A stretch of 64,000 bases of DNA, from NCBI GenBank assembly GCA_965226495.1, contig OZ245365.1, positions 768,001 through 832,000 on the forward strand, in the 5' to 3' direction. Below, piece by piece: positions 18,688 to 30,268 of the stretch (its first letter is position 1; each line of letters starts with the position of its first letter). Below the pieces are notes generated by a model. The model ran no database searches, had not been told where the DNA came from, and saw only the letters and a list, made by a program, of their open reading frames with translations. This DNA is from Candidatus Marinacidobacterales bacterium. Lineage in GTDB: Bacteria > Acidobacteriota > Vicinamibacteria > Marinacidobacterales > DATDRI01. Made by a program: the position numbers and the translations under genes.

Positions 18688-20590
18688 CTAATTGATGTAG
18701 CCCAGGCTCCGGAGCCGCTCCCGGGTGGTCTCGTCTTCTAGGATGTCCTCGGTACGACGACTGGCGCGCCCTTGGCGGGCTTCGCCGAGGTAGTTGGCCA
18801 GCTCCCGGCGAAAGGCCTCGATATCAGAGCTCGATCCCGACGCGAGGTTCGTTCGCTCCATCGGATCCTCCATCAAGTCGTAAAGCTCTTCGCTTCGAAC
18901 GTCGCTTTCCTCGGGCTCTCTTCCTGGAGGGCCGGCTATGGTGACGAGGTATTTCAGCTTCTCGGTGCGGATCGACACCTTCCTCGACCACTCCGATGGG
19001 CCTCTCCAGGCGTTCTCGCTGATGAGCCTTCGCCTTGTTCTGGACGCTTTTGTATCGTTCACGAACTGGATGAGGTTGATGCCATCGGTAGGAGGAGGCT
19101 CGACCCCGGCCGCGGCCAAAACAGTGGGGAAGATGTCGACTTGGCTGACCTGAGCGCTCACTCGACCCTTGGGAGATTGTCCAGGCCATTTCACGATCAG
19201 AGGAATACGGATCAGTTCTTCATAAAGTGTTTTGCTGTGTTGCCAATGCCCGTGGTCGAAGAACGCTTCACCGTGATCCGCAGTCAAGATAATGAGCGAT
19301 CGGTCATAGACCCCTCTGGCTTTCAGATCTTCCAAGAGTCGACCCACTGCCTCGTCGGCAGAAGCGATCTCGGCATCGTAGAGCGCCGCCACGCGTTCCG
19401 TCTCCTCTGCGTTACTGGGCGGGTTGTTGTCGACGACTTTGCGCAGCAAGCCGGCGAGATCGGCGGGCCGGGGACCGAAGCGTTCGACGAATTCCTCGGG
19501 CGGCTCGTATGGCCAGTGGGCATCGATGAAGTGAACGAAGAGAAACTGGTCTCGCCCCGCACTGCGTTGCAATAGCTCGATGGCCTGTTCCACGGTCTTC
19601 TCGGCGGGAGCGCGGTGATCCAACCGATAGAGGTCGAACCCTCTTTCGAAGCCGTACGTTTGTGAAAGGTAGGCACCGGTTACCACCGCGTCGGTTTGGT
19701 AACCCGCCTCTGACAGCATCTGTGGGGCATAAGGAATAGACGGTGCGAGCTTCGCCCATTTGCTGCCGTCATGACGAGAAGGGAACAGACCGGTGAAGAT
19801 CGATAGGTGGGAGGGAAGTGTCATCGGAGCCGTCGACACCGCCGTCTCGAACAACACGGCGTCCTTCGCGAAAGCGTCGATGTGGGGGGTCGTGTCACGA
19901 TGGTAGCCGTAGGCGCCGACATGATCGGCGCGAAGACAATCGATGGAGATCAAGACGACACTCGACCTTTTTTCGCAACAACCGGCGCCGCTCAAAATCG
20001 GGCTGCCCCAGAGTGGGACGAGGGTGTCCGTCATCGCGCCTGCGGCGTCCGCCGAGCGAACCCGGGTCTGGAACGTGACGCTTAGCTTCTGCCCCGCCCA
20101 CCGGCTTAGGTCGACGTCCCGAGCGAGCCAACGGTTCCGCTCCGGCCGCTTGATGGTCTCCGAAAAAACGATTTCGGGCTCGGACCCGGTATCGGCGAGA
20201 ATTCGGAATTGAACAGGAGACCAGTTCTCGTTGTCGAGAGTTCCGACCGCGAGGGTCACCTGCATGCTGGGCTCGGCGGGAACGTTGACTGCGAAGCCGA
20301 GCTCGGAAGGCAGCGTCGTCGCGAAGGCGCGCACTGTCTCGTCTCCAAAGGTGACCGAGGCGGTGCTGTTGGGTTCCGACCTCAGTTTGCCAAGTTGAGC
20401 CCGAGTGAACGTTGCATCTATGTTGGGCAGCTCGGCGGCAAAAAACAGCGGGCAGCGGGCTCGTGATGACTTCAGGATCACCGGCAAAAAACCGGGGCGG
20501 GCTCGTGATGACTTCAGGATCGCAAGCGCCGTGAAGAATAACTAGGATGGAGATCCCTGCCAGCCACCGGCCAAGCCGAATAATATGCAT
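18688..20590 (-). pseudogene. Sulfatase-fold lipoprotein, frameshifted just after the signal peptide
   Basis: Signal/lipobox (HGAC) from ATG 20590 is out of frame with the catalytic body (ISIDCLR, MTLPSH, TADHGE, RLRSLGY); a 7-bp duplication at 20446-20459 accounts for the shift. Confidence 0.75.
20455..20521. repeat. 25-bp direct repeat at 42-bp period
   Basis: GCGGGCTCGTGATGACTTCAGGATC at 20455 and 20497. Confidence 0.9.
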
Positions 20591-20598
20591 GAGACACT

Positions 20599-21468
20599 TC
20601 AGCGCTGTGGCTTGGTAGGCTTGGCGTCGCCATACTCGTAGACGCCTTTGCCTACCTTGCGGCCGAGCCGACCGGCCTTTACGTACTGAACCAAAAGAGG
20701 GGCGGGGCGATACTTCTCTCCCAGTCGTTCGTGGAGGTAGCTCAGCACACCCAGCCGGACGTCGAGACCAACCAGGTCCACCATCTCGAATGGGCCCATC
20801 GGATGATTGAGTCCAAGCTTGAGTGCTTTATCGATGTCCTCCGCACTTGCCACGCCGTCTTCCAACATATAGAACGCTTCGTTGCCGATGAGAGCGTTGA
20901 CGCGGCTGGTCACGAAACCCGGTGACTCACGGATATCGACCGTTTCCTTGCCCATCTTGTGAGCGACGTCTTCCACGACCTTGAAGGCCTTCTCTCCCGT
21001 CTCGAGGCCGCGGACGATTTCCACGAGCTTCATTTTGGGTACCGGGTTGAAGAAGTGCATCCCGACGACCCGAGACGGATCGTTGGTTGCAGCGGCGATC
21101 TCGGTAATGCTCAGCGAGGAGCTATTTGTCGCCAGGACGGTTTCGGGCGAAGTGGCCTTGTCGAGTCGACCGAAGATCTTGCATTTGAGGGCGATGTCTT
21201 CCGGGACCGCCTCGATCACCAATCCCGCCCCCTCCACCGCCACGGTCAAGTCTTGCTCCAACTCGAGTCGCCCGATGACGGCCTTCTTATCTTCGGCTTG
21301 GATCTTACCCCGCTCGATGCCGGCGTCCAAGAAGTCGGTGATGGTGCGTAGCGCCCGATCCAGGAATTCGGTCGAGATGTCGTTGATGACGGTGTCGAGG
21401 CCGGCAACCGCGGAGGCGTAGGCGATGCCGCTTCCCATCGTTCCCGTACCCACAACGGTGACAATCAT
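20599..21468 (-). CDS. 3-hydroxyacyl-CoA (3-hydroxybutyryl-CoA) dehydrogenase
   Basis: GTGTMGSGIA, VIEAVPE, ATNSSSL, GMHFFNP, PMGPF, GRLGRKVGKG. Confidence 0.92.
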   Translation of the reverse strand: MIVTVVGTGTMGSGIAYASAVAGLDTVINDISTEFLDRALRTITDFLDAGIERGKIQAEDKKAVIGRLELEQDLTVAVEGAGLVIEAVPEDIALKCKIFGRLDKATSPETVLATNSSSLSITEIAAATNDPSRVVGMHFFNPVPKMKLVEIVRGLETGEKAFKVVEDVAHKMGKETVDIRESPGFVTSRVNALIGNEAFYMLEDGVASAEDIDKALKLGLNHPMGPFEMVDLVGLDVRLGVLSYLHERLGEKYRPAPLLVQYVKAGRLGRKVGKGVYEYGDAKPTKPQR

Positions 21469-23093
21469 GGCCCCTGCTCCTCTTCTATGTCCGGTCTGTC
21501 AGGTTCCTCAGCTGGGCGCTCATTATATCTCTCCAGGCTCTCTTGCCGATCGGCGAGCTCTTGCGGTGAGCCATGAGGAAAGGCGAGGGAAATGAAGAAC
21601 GCGAGGGAGGCAATCACGACGCCGATGACGAAGACTCCTTGCAACGAATCGCTTAGTGCACCACGCAGCCAGAGGGTCGCTTCCGGTGATAGGGCCTGCC
21701 GGGTCGCTTCGTTGACGATGGAGTCCGGGTGGGCTGCGAGGTTGACCAGAGTCGGGTCGCTCGTGCCTTCGAGGTTGGCGTTCATCCGATAACTCATCAT
21801 CGATCCCATGATGGCCACACCGATTGCGCCACCGATGGTGCGAAAAAACAGCTGGGCGGATGTCGCGATCCCGAGAAGTGCTCGTGGAACGGTATTCTGG
21901 ACGGCGAGCATCATCGTTACCATCGAGAGCCCCATGCCGACTCCAAGCACCGCCATTGACGGCAAGAGCTCCACGTAGGAGCTCTCGATTCCGAGCTGGG
22001 TCAGCCAAAGAAAACCCGCGGCGAAAAAACCCATACCGGTGATGATGAGCGGCCGGTAACCCAGTCGAAGGATGACGGGGCCGGCAATGGTGGACAGGAT
22101 GACCCAGGCGAGCATGAGAGGGGACAGGGCAGAGCCGGCACGCGTTGCCGAACCGAACATGACTCCTTGCACGAACAGGGGAATGAATGAGATGGAGCCG
22201 AAGAACCCCATACCGGCGAGAAGTCCGACCACCGAGCTGACGCGAAATACTTTGTTCCGGAACAGGGCTATCGGCAGCACCGGTTCTTTCGCTTGCCGCT
22301 CGCACCTCACGAACGCAAAGAACAATCCGACCGAGACCGCGAGTAGCACCAACAGATCGGTCTCGAGGATGGAGCCGCGCCTTCCAGCCTGAATCAGCGC
22401 GAGCAGTAGTGAAGTCACCGAGGCGGAAAGCAGGCCCACTCCCCGGTAGTCGATGGAGTGGCTGGATCGCAGGTGTGGCGGCTCGGTCAGGTTGGCGCCG
22501 ATGAGAGCTGCCGCGGCGATGCCGAACGGTATATTGAGATAGAAAACCCAGCGCCATGACAGCAGGTCGGTGATAATCCCGCCCGCCAGCGGGCCAGCGA
22601 TACTCGCGACCCCCCAAACGGCGCTGAAGATCCCTTGCATCTTCGCGCGCTGTCGAAGCGAATAGATCTCACCGATGACGGTGAATCCGATCGGGAAGAC
22701 ACCTCCGCTGCCAAGTCCTTGAACTGCCCGGGCAAAAATAAGAAACGTCATCGAGCGAGCTTGCCCGCAGAGTGCGGAGCCCAAAATGAACAGCCCGATA
22801 CTGATGAGGTAGGTGTTTCGTCGGCCATGCAGGTCCGAGAGTTTTCCCCAGATCGGTACGGTGACTGTGAACGTAAGAAGGTAGACAGAGAAGACCCAGC
22901 TATAGATGTCCAATCCACCCAAGCTCGACACGACCGTGGGCATGGCGGTAGCGACCACCGTCTGCTCGATGGCAGCGAGAAAGAGCCCCATGATGATGCC
23001 GATGGTGACGGCCGTGCGCTGGCGAACGGGCAGGGGATTGCCGGCTTCGAGTCTCGACGAAACGGCGGCCTCTGGGATCTTTTCGGTTGCCAT
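21465..23093 (-). CDS. MFS drug:H+ antiporter (DHA2, EmrB/QacA-like)
   Basis: EQTVVATAMP, GKLSDLHGRR, WRWVFYLNIP; 14-TM pattern. Confidence 0.9.
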   Translation of the reverse strand: MATEKIPEAAVSSRLEAGNPLPVRQRTAVTIGIIMGLFLAAIEQTVVATAMPTVVSSLGGLDIYSWVFSVYLLTFTVTVPIWGKLSDLHGRRNTYLISIGLFILGSALCGQARSMTFLIFARAVQGLGSGGVFPIGFTVIGEIYSLRQRAKMQGIFSAVWGVASIAGPLAGGIITDLLSWRWVFYLNIPFGIAAAALIGANLTEPPHLRSSHSIDYRGVGLLSASVTSLLLALIQAGRRGSILETDLLVLLAVSVGLFFAFVRCERQAKEPVLPIALFRNKVFRVSSVVGLLAGMGFFGSISFIPLFVQGVMFGSATRAGSALSPLMLAWVILSTIAGPVILRLGYRPLIITGMGFFAAGFLWLTQLGIESSYVELLPSMAVLGVGMGLSMVTMMLAVQNTVPRALLGIATSAQLFFRTIGGAIGVAIMGSMMSYRMNANLEGTSDPTLVNLAAHPDSIVNEATRQALSPEATLWLRGALSDSLQGVFVIGVVIASLAFFISLAFPHGSPQELADRQESLERYNERPAEEPDRPDIEEEQGP

Positions 23094-23133
23094 TAGTCGT
23101 CTTCGAGGGCCACGGTTTTAACGCCGCGGTATA

Positions 23134-24186
<1,053 letters not shown>

Positions 24187-24239
24187 AGCTCACTTCGCTT
24201 GGGGTCCAAGTCTTTGGGGGCCTCACTCATTTAATTAAT

Positions 24240-24446
24240 CGCCTGGGGCCCCACCCCCAGGCGCCGCGCTTCGTCGGCAACCGACTGCGCGCGGGCTGAA
24301 GGCTCTCGGCCCCCCGTGTTCATGAAACCGGATGGCTTTTATCGTCATAATTTGGTGCGCGCGGGGCCCCACCCCCAGGCGTCGCGCTTCGTCGGCAAGC
24401 GACTCGGCGCGAGCTGAAGGCTCTCCGGGCGGAGAGCCTTCGCCCG
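24240..24446. repeat. Two copies of a ~63-bp GGGGCCCCACCCCC hairpin element flanking a duplicated gene start
   Basis: Units at ~24245-24307 and ~24363-24425; 24306-24349 copies 24144-24187. Confidence 0.8.
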
Positions 24447-24489
24447 CCCTAGTGCGGGCGCAGCTTATGCTATCCTCGAATTCGTTTCC

Positions 24490-25920
24490 ATGCTAGACGT
24501 CGCGCCTAAGCGAAGCTCCTGGGTTTATTTGTGGGCTGCTGCAGTTTTCTTCGTTAGCCTGTTCATCGCCAGATTGTTGGGGATTCGTTTTGCCGCCAAC
24601 GGGATCGAATTTTTGTACCAATATCTCGATCCACAGATCCTCCGTGAGGATCTCTTGCGCGGCCTGTACTACCTCCACGCGCAGCCGCCGCTCTTCAATC
24701 TTTTCCTGGGCGTCGTTATGAAGTTGTTTCCCGAAGCGACATCCTCGGCGTTCGCCGTCCTCTACGTGGCGATGTCCCTTGGTTTGCTTGTGACTCTAGT
24801 CTGGCTGATGCGACGCTTGGGCATGTCAGATCTGTTGATCGCCATCCTCATCCCCTTGTTCGCATGGACACCGAACTTCCTGGTTTATAGTCATTGGGTC
24901 TTCTATACCCTTCCGGTTTCCCTGCTCGTCCTCGGGATGGCGGCCTTGTTGATGGCGTACATCGACTCCGGGAAGCAGTGGCTGGTCCATCTCTTCTCTT
25001 GGACCGCGGCGGTGCTGATGCTGACCCGCGCGCTCTACCACCCGTTGTGGTTCGTCGCGATGGTGGTCGGAGTTTCCCTTTTGCTGCAAGGCGAGAAACG
25101 AAAAGCGCTCCTAGTCTCGGCGATCGCGCCGCTGCTGGTAGTGAATCTTGTGTACCTCAAGAACTATGTCCAAGTCGGGAGCTATGGCGGTAGCTCCTGG
25201 TTAGGGATGAACTTGGCGAAGCGGTGGCCGCTCTCGCAGGCCAAGATGGCGACACTACGAGGGCAGGGGCATCTGCCACCGGTCTGGCACCGGCGTCCGT
25301 TCCGGGAGCCGGACGATCTTCGACACCTTGGCTATTTCGCACCCGGAAACATGGTCCACCCGGCGCTCGATGAGCCATACAAAACGAACGGCGAACCCAA
25401 CTTCAATCATCGAGACTACGCCGCAATTTCCCAAGAGATGCAGCGCGCCGACGCCTTTCTCATTCTTCATTATCCGGGACGGTACTTGCAGCGCAGCGTC
25501 ACTGCGTTCCTTCTTTATCTCCAGCCCGGACCCAACGCCGTGGATTTCTTGGTCGACTATGACTTCTCTCGGGTTCATCGTTTGCGGGATGCTCTGACTC
25601 GAACGTTATTTCTAGGTGGGCCGATCCAGAGGCCCATCCGCATGCTCGCGCCTCCGGTCAACCTTTGGTTGTTGATCTTCCCTGCGTTAGTCGGCTTCGG
25701 TCTTTACCGCGTCTTCCGGGGTGAAGCCTCGCAACGTCCCGCCTTCGCCTACGCCGTGATGACGATCTTGTGGGTGACATTGACTTCGAATCTCATCGAG
25801 ATCGGAGAGAACGATCGAATGCGTTGGGAGGTGGAGCCGCTTCTCACGCTGCTCCTCGGGAGCGCGGTGATGTCTGTTTATTCGAGGCTCACTTCTTCCG
25901 GGGCGGCTGGAAAGGCCTGA
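24490..25920 (+). CDS. Polytopic membrane protein, possible GT-C/PMT-like
   Basis: Multiple TM segments, early YYLHAQPPLFN motif, large extracytoplasmic loop. Confidence 0.55.
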   Translation: MLDVAPKRSSWVYLWAAAVFFVSLFIARLLGIRFAANGIEFLYQYLDPQILREDLLRGLYYLHAQPPLFNLFLGVVMKLFPEATSSAFAVLYVAMSLGLLVTLVWLMRRLGMSDLLIAILIPLFAWTPNFLVYSHWVFYTLPVSLLVLGMAALLMAYIDSGKQWLVHLFSWTAAVLMLTRALYHPLWFVAMVVGVSLLLQGEKRKALLVSAIAPLLVVNLVYLKNYVQVGSYGGSSWLGMNLAKRWPLSQAKMATLRGQGHLPPVWHRRPFREPDDLRHLGYFAPGNMVHPALDEPYKTNGEPNFNHRDYAAISQEMQRADAFLILHYPGRYLQRSVTAFLLYLQPGPNAVDFLVDYDFSRVHRLRDALTRTLFLGGPIQRPIRMLAPPVNLWLLIFPALVGFGLYRVFRGEASQRPAFAYAVMTILWVTLTSNLIEIGENDRMRWEVEPLLTLLLGSAVMSVYSRLTSSGAAGKA

Positions 25921-26611
25921 GCTCCACACGGCTGGGGAGGGAACGTTTCTCGTGGGCCAGTAGATCCATCACGACTCGGGCCACGTCGTCCGAGGCCAGC
26001 TTCCAGCTGTCTTGCTCGGAGGGCTCTCGCCCCGCGAACTCGGTGGCGACGCTTCCGGGCATGATGTAGCTGACTTTGATGTTCTCGTAGCGGAGGTCGA
26101 GCATCAAGGCTTCGCTGAAACCTTCGAGCCCGAACTTCGAAGCGTTGTAGGCGGTGCCGTGATTGAAGGCGTTCTTGCCGGCGAGACTACTAATATTGAG
26201 GATGTATCCTCCGCCCCGCTTCCGTAGATGCGGAATGGCGGCGTGACAGCAATAGAAAACCCCGGTCAGGTTGGTGTCAATGACTTGATCCCATTGTTCT
26301 GGTGGCAGGTCAGCGACGTGCCCAAAGATTCCGACGCCGGCGTTATTGACGAGGATGTCCAGTCCTCCCCAACTCTCCTCGGCAAAACGCATTAGGGACT
26401 CCGCATCGGCATACCTTCGGACGTCGCACGCCGTGCCGCGAGCTTCGAGACCGGCGTGTGTCATTTCCCCGACCGCCCTCTCGACATCAGTGGCGGTCCG
26501 TGCCGAGACGACTACCCGGGCACCTTCGCGAGCTAGAGATTCGGCGATCGCTCTTCCAATGCCACGGCTCGAGCCGGTGACGACGGCAACTTTATCTTTG
26601 ACGGAGCTCAT
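25889..26611 (-). CDS. Short-chain dehydrogenase/reductase
   Basis: TGSSRGIG, NNAG, YNASK. Confidence 0.92.
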   Translation of the reverse strand: MSSVKDKVAVVTGSSRGIGRAIAESLAREGARVVVSARTATDVERAVGEMTHAGLEARGTACDVRRYADAESLMRFAEESWGGLDILVNNAGVGIFGHVADLPPEQWDQVIDTNLTGVFYCCHAAIPHLRKRGGGYILNISSLAGKNAFNHGTAYNASKFGLEGFSEALMLDLRYENIKVSYIMPGSVATEFAGREPSEQDSWKLASDDVARVVMDLLAHEKRSLPSRVELRPFQPPRKK

Positions 26612-26660
26612 ATCTGAAGGTTTCTTAACTAAAAGGAGCCGCGTTTTCAACCAAGGCGCG

Positions 26661-27596
26661 CTACATCCCGAAGTCAGCGATGGCAGAGGGGGCGGGGCGT
26701 TTCACGCGCAGTCCATTTGTTCTTTTGCCGCCGAGTAACGTCGAGTAGTCTCTGCGGTCTTTGACCGACAGCACCCATTTTTCGAGCCAGGACAGAAACT
26801 CTTCCCGCGTCCGGCTCTCCTCATGGTACTCGGTATAGTGGGCGTGGTCTCGGCCGTAATAGCCTTGACACGGAGACGGGTGAGAGCCCATTGGTTCGTG
26901 CACGACCGCGCCGACAAGGAACCCGGGGATGATAGTTCGGTTCGGGTCACTGGCGATAACATCCGAAGAGACGATTTCCTCGGCGACCACAACGGCCGTC
27001 TTTGCCGCGCGTGCCGCATCCGGAACGACGCCGAGGTTGCCCCAGAGGTGAGCGTTGCCATCCCGGTCCGCACGTTGCACCGGTAGAATCGCGACATCTG
27101 GTGCCAGCGCCTGGACCGCCACCATGCGGTCCCCGGTGAAGGGACAAACGATCGGCTCCAATCCGGCGTTCGCGTTCGCGATCTCCGTGCCCAATGTCGA
27201 AAAGGTCGGAAGGAATGGTACGCCGAGAGCGGCCGCGTGCAGCGCGAGGGCCAGCGTGAAGTTCGAGTGGTCCACGATTTCAATGGCGGCAGGTATCGAC
27301 TCTTCCGCCGCGCGACGCAGGTTGTACCCGGAGCCAGACGAGACGTTGCCGATCCAGGCGGCGACCAACTTTCGCGCGACTCCTGCCCCGACGAGCTGAT
27401 CGAAGAGCACGTCGGAAATCGGCGCCACTAAGGTGAGCTCGCGTCGCTTCTGCCGGATGACCTCGTGTCCTGCCGAGAAAGGGATCTGCGCCTCGAGAGC
27501 CGCACCCATGAGGACCGTGGAGCCATTCGGAATCCAGCGTTCCACCGCCTCGCGCATCGTGACGAGCTTGGATTGGTTGGCTTTGCTTTCGGGCAC
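26661..27596 (-). CDS. CoA-transferase subunit A (glutaconate CoA-transferase-like)
   Basis: ALGVPFLPT, CPFTG, PDVAILPVQRAD.DGNA, DPNRTIIPG. Confidence 0.85.
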   Translation of the reverse strand: MPESKANQSKLVTMREAVERWIPNGSTVLMGAALEAQIPFSAGHEVIRQKRRELTLVAPISDVLFDQLVGAGVARKLVAAWIGNVSSGSGYNLRRAAEESIPAAIEIVDHSNFTLALALHAAALGVPFLPTFSTLGTEIANANAGLEPIVCPFTGDRMVAVQALAPDVAILPVQRADRDGNAHLWGNLGVVPDAARAAKTAVVVAEEIVSSDVIASDPNRTIIPGFLVGAVVHEPMGSHPSPCQGYYGRDHAHYTEYHEESRTREEFLSWLEKWVLSVKDRRDYSTLLGGKRTNGLRVKRPAPSAIADFGM

Positions 27597-27600
27597 GGGT

Positions 27601-28371
27601 TCAGCCTTCCTTTTTACGTAACCAAAATCCGTCAGGATCGAAACTTCTCAATACCGAGAGCTCTTCTTCGCTCGGGAGCGGTGTCTCGTGGAGATCGTCC
27701 GCGAATCGAAGCGGCCAACCTGTCAAGGATGCGATCTCGTCGGTTGAGAATCCGGGATGATAGGACTGAAGCTCCGCCTCCTTGGTTTCTGGATGGAATC
27801 TCAAGACCGCGCGGTCGGTGATGACGGCCGCGGGCCCTCCGCGGGGGAGTCCGACGTTTTCCCTCCACCGCCCACCCGTGCCGTAGCCCGGTGACGTCAG
27901 ATGATCCACCCGCTCGGGGAATCGTCGGCGCTGGTGAGCCACTACCACCACCAGCCGTTCGGCGAGCGACGCGATATCCGAGGCGCCGCCGCTCCCCGGC
28001 AGGCGCGTCCACTTTCCATTGGCGTCCTGCGCTCGGGTTGAGTTGAGATTCCCGAAGCGGTCAACCTGCGCGGCGCCCACGAACCCCAGTCCTACTCGAC
28101 CCGACTGAAGCAGACCCATGACCTCCATCAGATCCGTCGCTCGGGTTGCCCCCAAAACGTTCGGAGGGTCGCTCATGGTGTAGAGCATCTCGGCGGCAGC
28201 CTTAGTCCGGATCAGCCCGTTCTCGTAGAGTCCCACCGCTCTGGGCGCGTGAGTGGCTTGAGCTAGCAGAAAAGACAGTAGGGGCAGCCGCATGCCCACG
28301 AAGACGAGCTCTTGATCGCGGATCGCGCGGGCTGCGACCGTGACCATGAGCTCCATCGGGCTGGGAGTCAT
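27601..28371 (-). CDS. CoA-transferase subunit B
   Basis: VFVGMRLP, YENG, GAAQVDRFGNLNS, RLPGSGGA.DIA. Confidence 0.85.
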   Translation of the reverse strand: MTPSPMELMVTVAARAIRDQELVFVGMRLPLLSFLLAQATHAPRAVGLYENGLIRTKAAAEMLYTMSDPPNVLGATRATDLMEVMGLLQSGRVGLGFVGAAQVDRFGNLNSTRAQDANGKWTRLPGSGGASDIASLAERLVVVVAHQRRRFPERVDHLTSPGYGTGGRWRENVGLPRGGPAAVITDRAVLRFHPETKEAELQSYHPGFSTDEIASLTGWPLRFADDLHETPLPSEEELSVLRSFDPDGFWLRKKEG

Positions 28372-28509
28372 GCCGGCGATGCTAGACCCGATTGTGTCAG
28401 GATCCAAGCGACGCGAAGCGTACCATCCAAATCACCGACGTACTTTCGGTTGGAAAGGGGTAGAATATGGAATCCCGGACGGGGACGAAAAAGCGGAGGA
28501 AATGGGCGG

Positions 28510-29799
28510 ATGAGCAGTGATTCTCTCACGATTACCGACAATCGGACCGGCAAGACCTACGAAGTTCCCATCGAGAACGACACGATACGGGCCATAGATC
28601 TCCGAAATATCAAGGTCGCAGACGGCGACTTTGGAATGATGAGCTATGACCCGGCGTTCCTGAACACCGCGTCTTGCAAGAGCCGTATCACCTTCATCGA
28701 CGGTGACAAGGGTATTCTCCGTTACCGCGGATATCCCATCGAGCAGTTAGCGGAAAAATCGAACTACATGGAAGTCTCTTATCTCATCATCAACGGCGAG
28801 CTTCCCACGAAGCAGCAGTACAAGGAGTGGGTTTTCAACATCACTCACCACACCATCATTCACGAGAACATGAAGAAGGTGTTGGATGGGTTCCATCATG
28901 ACGCCCACCCGATGGGGATGTTAGTGAGCACGGTGGCGGCGCTGTCCACTTTCTATCCTAACGCCCGTCGGGTCCTGGACGCCGATAACCGCCGCAAGCA
29001 GACCTATCGCCTCATCGCCAAGACGCCCACGCTCGCAGCCTACGCCTACCGGCACAGCGTGGGTATGCCCTACACGCCGCCCGACAACGAACTTTCGTAT
29101 TCTGGGAACTTGTTGAACATGATGTTTCGCATGACGGAGCCGAAGTACAAGCCGAACCCGGTTCTGGAAAGGGCGTTGGACGTTTTGTTCATTCTCCATG
29201 CCGACCACGAGCAAAACTGCAGCACTAGCGCGATGCGAGCCGTGGGCAGCTCGCAGGTCGATGCCTATTCAGCCACGGCGGCAGCGGCCGCGGCACTTTA
29301 CGGTCCGCTTCATGGCGGGGCCAACGAAGCAGTGCTGCGCATGCTGGCGGAAATCGAGAGCGTCGACAAAATCCCGGCCTACATCAAGAAAGTGAAGGAC
29401 GGTGACGTCCGTTTGATGGGTTTTGGCCACCGTGTCTACAAGAGCTACGATCCGCGAGCAAAAATTATTAAGAAAGTTGCCGATCAAGTTTTCGAGGTCA
29501 CCGGACGCAATCCACAACTCGACATTGCCATGGAGCTCGAGCGGATCGCTCTCGAGGACGACTACTTCGTCAAGAGAAGGCTGTACCCGAACGTCGATTT
29601 CTACTCGGGAATCATCTATCAGGCGATGGGTTTTCCGTTGGACATGTTCCCGGTCCTCTTCGCGATTCCTCGCACCTCCGGGTGGCTCGCGCAGTGGGAG
29701 GAGATGCTTACCGATCCCGAGCAGAGGATCGCTCGGCCCCGCCAGGTTTACCTAGGCTCTGGAGAGAGAAACTTCGTTCCAATAGAGAAACGCGGATAG
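28510..29799 (+). CDS. gltA: Citrate synthase
   Basis: GILRYRGYPIEQL, LHADHEQN, GPLHGGAN, MGFGHRVYK, YPNVDFYSG; ATG at 28510 with GGAGG upstream. Confidence 0.96.
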   Translation: MSSDSLTITDNRTGKTYEVPIENDTIRAIDLRNIKVADGDFGMMSYDPAFLNTASCKSRITFIDGDKGILRYRGYPIEQLAEKSNYMEVSYLIINGELPTKQQYKEWVFNITHHTIIHENMKKVLDGFHHDAHPMGMLVSTVAALSTFYPNARRVLDADNRRKQTYRLIAKTPTLAAYAYRHSVGMPYTPPDNELSYSGNLLNMMFRMTEPKYKPNPVLERALDVLFILHADHEQNCSTSAMRAVGSSQVDAYSATAAAAAALYGPLHGGANEAVLRMLAEIESVDKIPAYIKKVKDGDVRLMGFGHRVYKSYDPRAKIIKKVADQVFEVTGRNPQLDIAMELERIALEDDYFVKRRLYPNVDFYSGIIYQAMGFPLDMFPVLFAIPRTSGWLAQWEEMLTDPEQRIARPRQVYLGSGERNFVPIEKRG

Positions 29800-29851
29800 G
29801 TCTTACACTGCGATCCGAAGCGCCTGCGCTCAAGCTGACAAGAGGTCCGAT

Positions 29852-30268
29852 ATGAAGCGACTGTTGTTTTCCCTGTTGATTCCGATGCTATGCGTTTCCT
29901 GCAGCACCGCGACCAGTGTGGAAGAGCTTGCTGCGATGCAAGGTGAGTGGCGGCTTCAGAGGTTCCAAATCGGTGACGGAGGTGTCGTCAACGTACCCGT
30001 TCCCGCGAGATACACGGCACGCTTCGAACCCGACGGAACCGTAAATTTTCAGGTCGACTGCAATGGTTGCTCGGGGAGTTACACGACGGAAGGCGACGCC
30101 ATTACCATTGACCCGCTCTTGCGGTGCACCCTTGCCGCGTGCCTGCCGGGGTCGTTGTCTAACCAGTATCTGCAGGGTCTTCTGAACGCCCAGACCTGGC
30201 AGCGGTCCGGCGCATCGCTGGTACTGAGCGCACCGGGCGAGGAGCTCGTTTTCCTGGTAGCAGACTAA
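29852..30268 (+). CDS. META (HslJ-like) domain lipoprotein
   Basis: Lipobox CVSC; W.L, DCN...GSY and TLAAC pattern. Confidence 0.75.
   Translation: MKRLLFSLLIPMLCVSCSTATSVEELAAMQGEWRLQRFQIGDGGVVNVPVPARYTARFEPDGTVNFQVDCNGCSGSYTTEGDAITIDPLLRCTLAACLPGSLSNQYLQGLLNAQTWQRSGASLVLSAPGEELVFLVAD

Noticed and set aside
28312-28509. Extended citrate synthase N-terminus
   Set aside because: Overlaps the divergent CoA-transferase; ATG 28510 has an RBS
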